Of a DNA stretch of 32,000 bases, positions 1 through 8,564 are shown one piece after another. The stretch lies in assembly GCF_000179635.2 (NCBI RefSeq), contig NC_014833.1:1830001-1862000 (forward strand). The letters are read 5' to 3'. This DNA comes from Ruminococcus albus 7 = DSM 20455 (GTDB lineage Bacteria; Bacillota; Clostridia; Oscillospirales; Ruminococcaceae). The notes below the pieces were generated by a model that was not told the origin of the DNA, did not search any database, and saw only the letters and a program-made list of their open reading frames with translations. The translations under genes were made by a program, and so were the position numbers. Every line of letters begins with the position of its first letter. The first letter of the stretch is position 1.

Positions 1-283
1 TTTTCGTAAAAGCTGTGACAGTATTGCTGCTTTCCAATGTGACAGGAAACTGCTTATCTCCTATAACGATCTTCATACCGTCAACTTCCTTTTCTTCGTG
101 TTGTTCGGCGGTTGTGACATCTTGTCGGTCGGAGATTACAGATGAAACGCTGCTGTCGCTTTGAATCATAACAGACGAGTTTTCACTTTGCACCGTCACA
201 GCTGAACTATTCTCTGAGTAACTGCCGCACCCGGTAAGCATCAGAAACGAAGCTATAACCGTCATTAACTTGGATCTATTCAT
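1..283 (-). CDS. Lipoprotein, N-terminal part only (the gene runs off the left edge). The mature part begins like a cyclophilin-like-fold domain protein.
   Basis: Absent from the ORF track because it is open at the window edge. The minus-strand ATG at 283-281 overlaps the end of the upstream acetyltransferase gene (ATGAATAG). The translation MNRSKLMTVIASFLMLTGCGSYSENSS... has a signal peptide and an LTGC lipobox. It continues ...DGMKIVIGDKQFPVTLESSNTVTAFTK with no stop to position 1. Confidence 0.5.
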   Translation of the reverse strand, partial: MNRSKLMTVIASFLMLTGCGSYSENSSAVTVQSENSSVMIQSDSSVSSVISDRQDVTTAEQHEEKEVDGMKIVIGDKQFPVTLESSNTVTAFTK

Positions 284-839
284 AAATGCTCCTCACCACC
301 TTTGCAGGAGTGCCGACCGCTATCATATTTTCGGGAATATCCTTTGTAACGACCGAACCCGCACCAATGACTGCATTATCACCGATAGTCACTCCGGAAA
401 GGATAGTTGAATTTGAGCCGATCCAAACATTCTTTCCGATATGGATAGGCTTCGGTATCAGATCATGTCGTTCTTCGGGGAGTAGTCCGTGATTAAGCGT
501 AGCAAGCATCGTGTTATGCCCGATCAAAGCTCCGTCACCTATAAATATACTGCCCTGATCCTGAAACTTACAGCCTGCATTGATGAATACGCCCTTTCCT
601 AGATGAATGTTCTTGCCGCAGTCTGTGTAGAACGGAGGAAACAGCCCGACTTCAACAGGTTCACCGATCAGCTCCGACATCAGCGCATTGATCTCATCGG
701 GGGTATGATAGCGGCTGTTGATCTCCATTGTTATGCGGATAGCCTCCTGACTCAGCTTATGCATTGTCTGATGAACTCCGCACTCTGCCGTGACCTGTTT
801 TCCGCTGTTCATAAATTCAAGAAATTCTGCTGTTGTCAT
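276..839 (-). CDS. Sugar O-acetyltransferase of the maltose/galactoside acetyltransferase (Maa/LacA) family, left-handed beta-helix
   Basis: Hexapeptide-repeat region (IHLGKGVFINAGCKF..IFIGDGALIGHN..IHIGKNVWIGSNSTILSGVTIGDNAVIGAGSVV) follows a Mac-type N-terminal domain. I moved the start to the internal ATG at 839 (MTTAEFLEF...) because GGAGGA lies 7 nt upstream of it. The track start at 854 lies inside that RBS. Confidence 0.85.
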   Translation of the reverse strand: MTTAEFLEFMNSGKQVTAECGVHQTMHKLSQEAIRITMEINSRYHTPDEINALMSELIGEPVEVGLFPPFYTDCGKNIHLGKGVFINAGCKFQDQGSIFIGDGALIGHNTMLATLNHGLLPEERHDLIPKPIHIGKNVWIGSNSTILSGVTIGDNAVIGAGSVVTKDIPENMIAVGTPAKVVRSIYE

Positions 840-860
840 TACTGTTTCCTCCATGTAAGA

Positions 861-1859
861 TCATTTCAGATATTCGTTATAAAATGCTTCCAGCTTGTCG
901 AATGGTATAGCGTTATTCTCACCGCCGTCATAAAGGTCGGTATGCGAAGCGCCTTCGATCACAAGAAGCTGTTTATTGTCGGTGTACTTGTTTCCGTTTA
1001 TCATATTCTCATACGCATCTTTCCCGAAGTAGAAAGAATGTGCTTTGTCACCGTGCATTATCATAACAGCGGAACGTATCTCATTGCTGTATTGCAGGAT
1101 AGGCATATTAATGAACGACATACAGCCGATCTTGTTCCAGCCGCCGTTTGAATTGAGCGAACGTGGGTGATAACCTCTTTCGGTCTTATAGTAAGCGTGG
1201 TAGTCTTTTACAAAATACGGCGCATCTTCGGGAAGGGGATCGATAACTCCTCCGCCAAGCTCATACTCACCGCTTACATAATCCCTGATACGCTGAGCAT
1301 TAAGAGCTACCTTCTTTTCATAGCGTTTTTCTTCGCTGTCCTCGCTGTCGAAATAGCCATTTGCATTTACACGGGTCATATCATACATGGTCGATGCAAC
1401 AGTCGCCTTGATACGTGTATCCAATGTTGCAGCGTTAAGAGCCATACCGCCCCAGCCGCAGATACCGAGAATACCGATACGCTCAGGATCAACATTTTCC
1501 TGAATCGAGAGGAAATCAACCGCTGCCATAAAGTCCTCGGTGTTGATATCGGGAGAAGCCATATAACGAGGAGCACCTCCGCTTTCTCCGGTAAAGGAAG
1601 GATCAAAGGCAATAGTCAGAAATCCGCGTTCCGCAAGTGTCTGAGCATAAAGACCGCTGCACTGCTCCTTGACTGCGCCGAAAGGACCGCACACGGCGAT
1701 AGCAGGAAGCTTTCCGCCTGCATTCTTTGGAGTGTACATATCGGCAGCGAGTGTGATACCATAGCGGTTGTGGAATGTCACTTTCTTATGATCGACCTTG
1801 TCGGACTTCGGGAAGGTCTTGTCCCATTCCTGTGTCATGTTGAGCATTTCATCTTTCAT
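861..1859 (-). CDS. Alpha/beta hydrolase, dienelactone-hydrolase-like with a Cys nucleophile elbow
   Basis: 332-aa ORF with the nucleophile elbow GICGWGG (Cys in the G-x-Nu-x-G position, as in dienelactone hydrolases) and C-terminal ..IEGASHTDLYD (His). A GGAGGT RBS lies upstream inside the end of the preceding small ORF. Confidence 0.8.
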   Translation of the reverse strand: MKDEMLNMTQEWDKTFPKSDKVDHKKVTFHNRYGITLAADMYTPKNAGGKLPAIAVCGPFGAVKEQCSGLYAQTLAERGFLTIAFDPSFTGESGGAPRYMASPDINTEDFMAAVDFLSIQENVDPERIGILGICGWGGMALNAATLDTRIKATVASTMYDMTRVNANGYFDSEDSEEKRYEKKVALNAQRIRDYVSGEYELGGGVIDPLPEDAPYFVKDYHAYYKTERGYHPRSLNSNGGWNKIGCMSFINMPILQYSNEIRSAVMIMHGDKAHSFYFGKDAYENMINGNKYTDNKQLLVIEGASHTDLYDGGENNAIPFDKLEAFYNEYLK

Positions 1860-1860
1860 T

Positions 1861-2097
1861 TCAGATACCTCCGTTTTTTCTTAATGTGTAGGTGAGAAAG
1901 TCCAAGCAGTCTATGCGGTCGTTATACTTGTGAACGCTTTCAAGAAGCGACTTCCGATAGGCTTTCAGCAGCTTTTCAAGTTCTTTGTAACGCTTTTCTT
2001 CGATCAGTATCAGACATTTAGCTGTCATTTCATCATTTAAACCTATGTCACGCAGATTTTCGGTCATTACCGCTGTTTTATCGGCTGCGTTTGGCAT
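1861..2097 (-). CDS. Small hypothetical protein (78-81 aa), first gene of the LysR-divergent operon
   Basis: The ORF ends 1 nt before the hydrolase start codon. GGAGG lies 8 nt upstream of the ATG at 2097 (MPNAADKTAV...), whereas the track start at 2106 is a GTG inside the RBS. I recognise no family. Confidence 0.45.
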   Translation of the reverse strand: MPNAADKTAVMTENLRDIGLNDEMTAKCLILIEEKRYKELEKLLKAYRKSLLESVHKYNDRIDCLDFLTYTLRKNGGI

Positions 2098-2172
2098 TGT
2101 CATCACCTCCGTGTTTCTGTAATTACATTATAACACATCTTTTCTGATATGTAAAATACCTATATGTAATGA

Positions 2173-2211
2173 CTTGTCATTCTTGACAGGAATGACAAGC
2201 TGCGGTATAAT
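2173..2211 (+). promoter_or_regulatory. lysR promoter (TTGACA-17-TATAAT) embedded in a perfect 10-bp inverted repeat, probably the LysR autoregulatory and divergent-operon operator
   Basis: CTTGTCATTC (2173-2182), ttgacag spacer, GAATGACAAG (2190-2199). The spacer carries the -35 TTGACA (2183-2188) and the -10 TATAAT is at 2206-2211. The nested TGTCA-N4-TGACA lies in the 132-nt divergent intergenic region. Confidence 0.5.
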
Positions 2212-2238
2212 AGAAGTATCTTATTACGGAGGTGCAGC

Positions 2239-3114
2239 ATGGAAATAAGGATACTACGCTACTTTTTAGCGATCGCCAGAGAGGAAAACATGACAAGAGC
2301 AGCCGAGCGCCTGCATATCTCGCAGCCATCGCTCTCTAAGGAGATCAAAAAGCTCGAAGAAGAATTAGGACATGAGCTGTTTATACGCACTAATAAGAAT
2401 ATGATTCTTAACGATGAAGGTATGCTACTGCGCAAACGTGCCGAGGATATCCTCGCTATGGTGGACAAGACCACTGAGGAGTTCAGCCAGCTTGACAACA
2501 TCATCGGTGGTGAGATTCGCATAGGCTGTGCTGAGAGCTATCTTATCAAATACCTTGCAAGGAGCATCAAAGCATTCAAGGAGCAGTACCCGAATTTCAT
2601 ATTTCATATATTCAGTGGAGATACCGAGCCTGTTGCGGAACGTCTTGACAGAGGTATCCTAGACCTGGCAGTTATCGTTGAACCACCGAATCTTTCAAAA
2701 TACAATTATCTTTCTATCCCCGAAAGCGATAAATGGGGACTTGTAATGCTTCGTGACAGTCCCCTTGCTGAAAAGGATTATGTTACATTTGATGATCTTT
2801 ACGGATTGCAGCTGTTCTGTTCCGAGCAGTCTATCCGAGTGGATTTTCCACGCTGGTGCGGCGAAAATATGGATAAGCTGAATTTCGCAGGAACTGTCAA
2901 TCTTGCCTACAACGGCTCGGTGTTCGTAAAAGAGGGGCTGGGATATCTGCTGACATTTGAGCACCTTATCGACACAAGTGAGAAAAGCGGACTATGTTTC
3001 AGACCGATCAAACCGAAACTTGAAACGAATATGTATATCATCTGGAAAAAGTATCAGGTGTTTTCACCGATAGCGGAGTTGTTCCTAAAAAAACTGAGGG
3101 AGGACTATTCATGA
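2239..3114 (+). CDS. LysR-family transcriptional regulator
   Basis: The N-terminal HTH MEIRILRYFLAIAREENMTRAAERLHISQPSLSKEIKKLEEELG is canonical LysR. It has a roughly 200-aa substrate-binding C-terminal domain and a GGAGGT RBS. It is divergent from the 1861-283 operon. Confidence 0.9.
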   Translation: MEIRILRYFLAIAREENMTRAAERLHISQPSLSKEIKKLEEELGHELFIRTNKNMILNDEGMLLRKRAEDILAMVDKTTEEFSQLDNIIGGEIRIGCAESYLIKYLARSIKAFKEQYPNFIFHIFSGDTEPVAERLDRGILDLAVIVEPPNLSKYNYLSIPESDKWGLVMLRDSPLAEKDYVTFDDLYGLQLFCSEQSIRVDFPRWCGENMDKLNFAGTVNLAYNGSVFVKEGLGYLLTFEHLIDTSEKSGLCFRPIKPKLETNMYIIWKKYQVFSPIAELFLKKLREDYS

Positions 3115-3195
3115 AGTGCATTATCCACATGAGTTATAATATATTATAAGCATTCTGTAAATGCTTCAGATATTTCAATAAACAATATTTTGCAC

Positions 3196-3224
3196 TTGAC
3201 AAATCAGTTGAAATGTGCTATATT
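3196..3224 (+). promoter_or_regulatory. Sigma-A-type promoter of the DUF4317-like gene
   Basis: TTGACA (3196-3201), 17-nt spacer, TATATT (3219-3224). Confidence 0.5.
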
Positions 3225-3280
3225 TATATATGGCGGAAACCATTGGGCGAATGGTTTTAGGCGAGGACAAATTATAGGAT

Positions 3281-3314
3281 AGAGGGCTGCTGCGTGGCGG
3301 CCCTCTTTTCTCTT
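3281..3314 (+). terminator. Terminator-like hairpin inside the 5' leader of the 3330 gene (possible attenuator)
   Basis: AGAGGGC (3281-3287) pairs with GCCCTCT (3300-3306) and is followed by TTTCTCTT. It sits only about 4 nt before the GGAGG RBS. Confidence 0.4.
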
Positions 3315-3329
3315 AACGGAGGTACATAA

Positions 3330-4562
3330 ATGAACAAGAAGGAAATAGCCGAGATCAAGAAAAACTTCAGCGATGACTGCAATTTCTTTACGATAAACAG
3401 GGTAGTTACCGCATTTGTTGATGCAGAGAAAAATATTAAATGCAAAACCAATCAGCTTTACAATATCATGCCTCAGGATGAAAGCGAACTTATCCTGGCG
3501 AACCTGAAGAAAACTCTCAGCGGCAGGATAGGGGCAAATCTGCTTGAATATCCTTTCCCGAAAAATGCTATACTTGAGGGCGGACAGCAGCAGTTCCTGT
3601 GGGGCGTTCTTAAAAGCAAGCTTGCAGATGAGGAGATCGTTGACAATTTTCTGAATACTATAGTTGAAAAAGTCGAGTATGTATCTACATACAGTATCTT
3701 TACAGCACACTGCACTTACTCTGTACTTAAAAAGACCAAGATGGATGAGATAGATGAAGACAGCGATTCATCGGATTATAACTTCATCATCACAGCAATA
3801 TGCCCTGTAAATCTGCGTATAGACGGTCTTATATACAACGAGGAGGAGAATGCCATAGCAAAGAAGGAGGGCTCTGACAGGATCGTTGAGATGCCTACGG
3901 ACGGTTTCCTGTTCCCGCTTTTCAATGACCGTGCACCTGATGTGAACGGCGTACTTTATTATTGCAAGAACGCTAAAAAGCCAAATACTTCCATGATCGA
4001 GGAATTTCTCGGCTGTGAGTTTACTATGACAGGTCAGAATGAAAAAGAAGTATTTCACTCCATACTCGGCAAGGTAGTAGCTGATGAACTTGACTACGAT
4101 ATGATAACAAAGGTAAACGATAAGATACAGAATTTCATAGACCAGACTGCACATGAAACCGAGATAGCTACTATCGACAGCCAGAAGATGAATTCCATAC
4201 TATGGGAGGCAGGGGTAAGCCAGGAGAAGCTTGTGAACCTTGATAAGGTGTTTGAACAGGCCACCGAGAACAAGCCTCTGACAGCAGTTAACCTTGTGGA
4301 GAAAAAGACAGTTGTCGCAGTACCGAGCATAACTGTAAATATAGGCAAAGGCGGTGCTGACAAGGTAAAGACCCAGATGATAGGCGGCAGAAATTGTCTT
4401 GTTATAGCACTTGATGACCCTGAGATATCTATAAATGGTCTTGAGATGCGTTTTGTAGACAAGAAGCCCGCAAACGCACCTGCACAGTCTGTGCCGACAG
4501 AGGAAATACCACCTGCACCCGTCAGTGAGTCTTCCGATGACGATAACGCAGCACCTTTCTGA
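3330..4562 (+). CDS. Uncharacterised cytoplasmic protein that I recognise as DUF4317-like (family call from memory)
   Basis: 410-aa ORF with a strong GGAGG RBS, no TM segments or signal peptide, and an acidic C-terminal tail (..SESSDDDNAAPF). The N-terminus MNKKEIAEIKKNFSDD... and overall size match what I recall for DUF4317 proteins of Clostridia. Confidence 0.7.
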   Translation: MNKKEIAEIKKNFSDDCNFFTINRVVTAFVDAEKNIKCKTNQLYNIMPQDESELILANLKKTLSGRIGANLLEYPFPKNAILEGGQQQFLWGVLKSKLADEEIVDNFLNTIVEKVEYVSTYSIFTAHCTYSVLKKTKMDEIDEDSDSSDYNFIITAICPVNLRIDGLIYNEEENAIAKKEGSDRIVEMPTDGFLFPLFNDRAPDVNGVLYYCKNAKKPNTSMIEEFLGCEFTMTGQNEKEVFHSILGKVVADELDYDMITKVNDKIQNFIDQTAHETEIATIDSQKMNSILWEAGVSQEKLVNLDKVFEQATENKPLTAVNLVEKKTVVAVPSITVNIGKGGADKVKTQMIGGRNCLVIALDDPEISINGLEMRFVDKKPANAPAQSVPTEEIPPAPVSESSDDDNAAPF

Positions 4563-4569
4563 TAAATAC

Positions 4570-4606
4570 AAAACCGCAGGAGCCGTAAGGTTACTGCGGT
4601 TTGTTG
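4570..4606. terminator. Bidirectional intrinsic terminator between convergent genes
   Basis: AAACCGCAG (4571-4579) pairs with CTGCGGTTT (4594-4602). T-rich runs follow on both strands. Confidence 0.55.
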
Positions 4607-4634
4607 TATATTATTAAGAAAACTATTCTGTTCG

Positions 4635-5027
4635 TCAGATATTCTCGGGAGGAGCATTAAACGAATACTTGATGCACTCAGGATCCTGAAGTTCGAAAAC
4701 CTCAAAAATACCGTCACCCACACTGTACAGACCTCTTACCTGGGGGCACTGCTCCAGAAAAGCAGCTCTTACTTCATCGCTGTCAAGCTCAACAACATCA
4801 GCAGTGAGTCTTATCCACTCCATCTCGCCGCACATACCGCTTATCTCAACTCTGCTGTGATGCATCATTTCTTTGAAGCACTTCTTCTGATTACTTGTGC
4901 AGATACAGGTCATACCATCGATCTCAGCCACCGCACCAAAGGGTCGTACATGGGGATCACCGTTTGAATCGGTAGTAGCGATATAGAATACGCCTACCTT
5001 TTTCAGGATTTCTGTAATTTGTTTCAT
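4635..5027 (-). CDS. Pyridoxamine 5'-phosphate oxidase family (FMN-binding split-barrel) protein
   Basis: 130 aa. The N-terminus ..VGVFYIATTDSNGDPHVRPFG.. is typical of PNPOx-like split-barrel proteins. GGAGGT RBS. Confidence 0.75.
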   Translation of the reverse strand: MKQITEILKKVGVFYIATTDSNGDPHVRPFGAVAEIDGMTCICTSNQKKCFKEMMHHSRVEISGMCGEMEWIRLTADVVELDSDEVRAAFLEQCPQVRGLYSVGDGIFEVFELQDPECIKYSFNAPPENI

Positions 5028-5072
5028 TCAAACACCTCCGTTTATTTTATCAGATACTATTATCTGATATTA

Positions 5073-5315
5073 TCAGCCTATAACTTCGTAATTTTCCGCA
5101 GCGTTTTCCTTTTTGACATATTCGGTGACATTCAGCACCTTAACTTTAATAGGACGCTGTCCCAGACCGATCTCGATGATATCACCGATCTTAACATCAT
5201 ACGAAGCTCTTGCTACCTTGCCGTTGACCATTATCCTGCCTTCATCACAGGCTTCGTTTGCAACGGTGCGGCGCTTTATTAATCTTGTGACTTTAAGATA
5301 TTTATCTAATCTCAT
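5073..5315 (-). CDS. S4-domain RNA-binding protein (YabO/Hsp15-like)
   Basis: MRLDKYLKVTRLIKRRTVANEACDEGRIMVNGKVARASYDVKIGDIIEI is a canonical S4 domain. I moved the start to the ATG at 5315, which has an AGGAGG RBS. The 42-aa upstream extension in the track overlaps the hup terminator. Confidence 0.85.
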   Translation of the reverse strand: MRLDKYLKVTRLIKRRTVANEACDEGRIMVNGKVARASYDVKIGDIIEIGLGQRPIKVKVLNVTEYVKKENAAENYEVIG

Positions 5316-5325
5316 GAGTCCTCCT

Positions 5326-5356
5326 AAAACAAAAGGCGGACAATCTGCCCGCCTTA
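5326..5356 (-). terminator. Intrinsic terminator downstream of hup
   Basis: On the minus strand AAGGCGG-gcagattgt-CCGCCTT is followed by TTGTTTT. Confidence 0.6.
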
Positions 5357-5367
5357 ATAAGCATATA

Positions 5368-5646
5368 TTACTTCTTGTCAACGACTGCCTTGAGAGCGCT
5401 GCCTGCCTTGAATGCGGGAACCTTTCTTGCAGGAACGTCAACAGGAGCCTTTGTAACAGGGTTCATAGCTACCTTAGCAGCTCTGTCTCTAACCTCGAAT
5501 GTACCGAAACCAACGAGAGTAACCTTCTCACCGTTCTCCAGTGCGCCTGTGATGGAATCAAGAACTGTTGCAAGAGCCTTGTCAGCTTCCTTCTTAGAAT
5601 AGCCGCCCTTCTCTGCGATAACATTGATAAGTTCTGCCTTGTTCAT
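5368..5646 (-). CDS. hup: Histone-like DNA-binding protein HU
   Basis: MNKAELINVIAEKGGYSKKEADKALATVLDSITGALENGEKVTLVGFGTFEVRDRAAKVAMNPVTKAPVDVPARKVPAFKAGSALK is an unmistakable HU/IHF fold sequence of 92 aa. GGAGG RBS. Confidence 0.95.
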   Translation of the reverse strand: MNKAELINVIAEKGGYSKKEADKALATVLDSITGALENGEKVTLVGFGTFEVRDRAAKVAMNPVTKAPVDVPARKVPAFKAGSALKAVVDKK

Positions 5647-5707
5647 TTTTTAAAACCTCCAAAATTTATTATCCTTAACGAACAATTGCTTATTCATTAA
5701 TTTCGTT

Positions 5708-6520
5708 TTAATATGAGTACAGCTCTTCAGCTGAAACTTCCGATATATTTTCGCTGTGCTTTTCAAGTCCCTCGAATCTGTTTATGAAATTATTGCAGCT
5801 GTCTGCCAGACATTCTTCTGCATCACAGTCAAGTCTTCTTGCAAGATTTGAACACAGGAAAAGCAGTTTTCCGAGGTCGTTGGATGCGTCCTCTTCTTCA
5901 AGGTCAGCCTGCTTTATTCTGTTCAGTGCATCTGTTATTGCCGAATACAGATCAAGCTCAGTTCCGTCCTCTTCACACTTTTCAAAATCAATACCAGCTC
6001 TTGCAGCACGTTTGCCAAGCTTCTGCGCACGCATAAGTGCGGGGAAATTCTTTGGTACGCTTTTCAAAGTGTCCGTATAGCTCTCCTGTCCCTTGGTATC
6101 CTTCTTTATGGAATCCCAGTTTGAAAGGACAGTATCTACCGTATCAGCCTGTACATCACCGAATACATGGGGATGACGGATTATCAGTTTCTGGCATAGT
6201 TCGGTTATAACATCATCAAGTACGAAACTGCCTCGTTCTTCCTCCAGCACAACATGGAAGATAACCTGTAAAAGAACATCACCAAGCTCCTCCCTCATCA
6301 TTTCGGGAGAATCGAAGTCGATAGCTTCCATTACTTCATAGACTTCTTCCAGCAGATCCTTTTTAATAGTGCTGTGAGTCTGGACCTTATCCCATGGACA
6401 GCCCTTTTCCTGATCCCTCAGCACTGTGACCAGATCTATCAGATCGTCTATATCGTAGCGTTCCTTTTTAGGGAGCTCTGCTATCAGTTCATCAACAGAC
6501 TTTTTATCCAATACTTTCAC
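5708..6520 (-). CDS. mazG: MazG-family nucleoside triphosphate pyrophosphohydrolase
   Basis: ..EKGCPWDKVQTHSTIKKDLLEEVYEVMEAID..ELGDVLLQVIFH..LIIRHPHVFG.. are MazG motifs. The start is uncertain. It is either the GTG at 6520 or the in-frame TTG at 6511, the latter 6 nt after GAGGTG. Confidence 0.88.
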   Translation of the reverse strand: MKVLDKKSVDELIAELPKKERYDIDDLIDLVTVLRDQEKGCPWDKVQTHSTIKKDLLEEVYEVMEAIDFDSPEMMREELGDVLLQVIFHVVLEEERGSFVLDDVITELCQKLIIRHPHVFGDVQADTVDTVLSNWDSIKKDTKGQESYTDTLKSVPKNFPALMRAQKLGKRAARAGIDFEKCEEDGTELDLYSAITDALNRIKQADLEEEDASNDLGKLLFLCSNLARRLDCDAEECLADSCNNFINRFEGLEKHSENISEVSAEELYSY

Positions 6521-6713
6521 CTCACAGCTTTTCCCCTGAAGATACTCTCACAGGGGTGCTTTAATATAATACCTCAATTTCCGAAAAAAAGCAATAGATT
6601 TTTCGATTTTTTTTTGAAAAAACTCCGTTTACATTGTTTTTCGGCATTTCGCACAAGAATTTTTATAAATAAAGTACAAAATTTACCCTTAACATACACG
6701 TCAAAATGCGTTT

Positions 6714-8396
6714 TTAACAGCGATTTTTTTCGGTTTTGAAGTATTTTATAGTGAATATTTCTGATAGCTTTTCCTCAAACAAAAGTGCCATAACAGTAAT
6801 GCATATTATACCGCCGCCTGCAATACCTAAAACAGCACAGCATTTTTCACTCAGCTGCAGTTTTTTTGCTGTGTCACAGAAAAGTTTTGCTGAAACAGCG
6901 CACATGATCCCGGCATAAAATGGTTTTATACACAGCTTTGCAATACCTATCCGTCCGGGGATAAGTTCATTGATCCTTTTCAGCGTCACCGTGCATACGG
7001 ATATGCTTCTTATTAGCTCTGAAAGTGCTGCACCGTTCAACCCGAAAAGTGGTACAAGTATGATGTTCATACAAAGTTTTATACCTGCTCCTGCAAGCAT
7101 TATCAAAGTAACTTCCGAAGGCTTGCCCAAAGCCTGTATAACTGTCAGTAATGGCAAAGTTACTGCACATCCGATGACAGATATTCCCAGTATCATCAAT
7201 GGCTCCTGTGCTGCTGTACATTCTGCTCCTCTTCCCGAGAACAGCAGACCGAGTATCTCTCCTGACATTAAAGTGATCCCCAGTCCGCATGGTATTGCGG
7301 CTGATGCCGTCAGCGTGAGTAGTCTGCGCATATTCCGTATCAAAGCTGAGCTGTCTTTTTCAACCAAAGCGGCTGACAGTGACGGTATCACGCTTTTTCC
7401 AAGCATGGCTGTTACAGTAGGTACAAGCCCGTAAAGCATCACAGCAAGTCCTTCGTAGGAACCATACAGAAAATTTGGAAGATCACCTTTTGCAGCGGAT
7501 ATATACTCCGAATAGTGCTGCGGTGATCTGGTTATAGCTGTTTTCAAAAAAGGCGGAAGGGTCAGCATATCAAGCATACCTGTAAGTGTGGATACCACAG
7601 CCGCTGCAGCAATAGGGAATGATAGTCTGAGCAGTTCTTCTGCGTGCTGTCTGCGTCCGGATATCACCTTATCAGCCGTAAGCATAGCACTTGTTATACC
7701 GTCACCGTGTATAGCTGTGTAAAGGATAAGTCCTATGCAGGCGATGGCTGATGCGATCGTTGAACCAAGTACCGCACCTGCTGCTATGTATGGGAGGGCT
7801 GTTTGTTCTGCTTGTACGGCATCGTTGCATACCATTCCGAATACGGTACTGTTATGGATATAGCTTTGCTCGGCGTAGTCTTTAATGTATACAGCCAGTC
7901 CTAGTCCGAGTATAAGTCTGAACAGAGTTTCAGCGATCTCTGAGAAAGCTGTGGGCAGTACATTTCCAAGACCTTCGTAATATCCTCTTTCGGCGTTCAT
8001 AACTCCGCAGAATACAACAGACGGTGCAAGACATATGATTGCAGGTCTGACACAGCTTTTGTTATCTGTAAAATAAGCAGCACCAATAACAGCTGCACAC
8101 AATAACAGCCCTGTAATAGTGAATACTGCCAGAGCTGTTTTTCTTCTGCGACGCAGGTCGGTAAATCTCCCAAGTGCTGAATTTTCAGCGGATAGCTTGG
8201 CCATAGCCGGACATATCCCCGATACACCCAGTGCCAGCACAGGAGTGAATACTGAAAATGCTGCCGAAAAATGTCCCATACCGGTACCGCCAAGTATATT
8301 TGCAAGCGGTATTTTGTAGATAAGTCCCATAGCTTTTGTTACGGCTGTCATAGCTACAAGTATGGCGCTGCTTTTTAAAAAGCCTTGTCTTTTCAT
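6714..8396 (-). CDS. MOP-superfamily flippase (SpoVB/YabM/MurJ-like polysaccharide biosynthesis protein)
   Basis: 560 aa with about 14 TM segments. The N-terminus MKRQGFLKSSAILVAMTAVTKAMGLIYKIPLANILGGTGMGHF is typical of SpoVB/YabM-type flippases. It lies upstream of mazG-hup-S4, as yabM does in Bacillus and Clostridia. AGGGGG RBS. Confidence 0.8.
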   Translation of the reverse strand: MKRQGFLKSSAILVAMTAVTKAMGLIYKIPLANILGGTGMGHFSAAFSVFTPVLALGVSGICPAMAKLSAENSALGRFTDLRRRRKTALAVFTITGLLLCAAVIGAAYFTDNKSCVRPAIICLAPSVVFCGVMNAERGYYEGLGNVLPTAFSEIAETLFRLILGLGLAVYIKDYAEQSYIHNSTVFGMVCNDAVQAEQTALPYIAAGAVLGSTIASAIACIGLILYTAIHGDGITSAMLTADKVISGRRQHAEELLRLSFPIAAAAVVSTLTGMLDMLTLPPFLKTAITRSPQHYSEYISAAKGDLPNFLYGSYEGLAVMLYGLVPTVTAMLGKSVIPSLSAALVEKDSSALIRNMRRLLTLTASAAIPCGLGITLMSGEILGLLFSGRGAECTAAQEPLMILGISVIGCAVTLPLLTVIQALGKPSEVTLIMLAGAGIKLCMNIILVPLFGLNGAALSELIRSISVCTVTLKRINELIPGRIGIAKLCIKPFYAGIMCAVSAKLFCDTAKKLQLSEKCCAVLGIAGGGIICITVMALLFEEKLSEIFTIKYFKTEKNRC

Positions 8397-8564
8397 AACA
8401 GACCCCCTGTTTATATCTCTTGTTTGTTCATAATATGCGCCGTAGTTTAAGGATATTCCGTGTGGTGATCTAAGCTGTGGCTAACATTATATAAATGTCT
8501 TTACTTTTTAATTGAAATGTGATATAATATAGTTGTCAAAAAATTATCAATACAGGAGATATAT

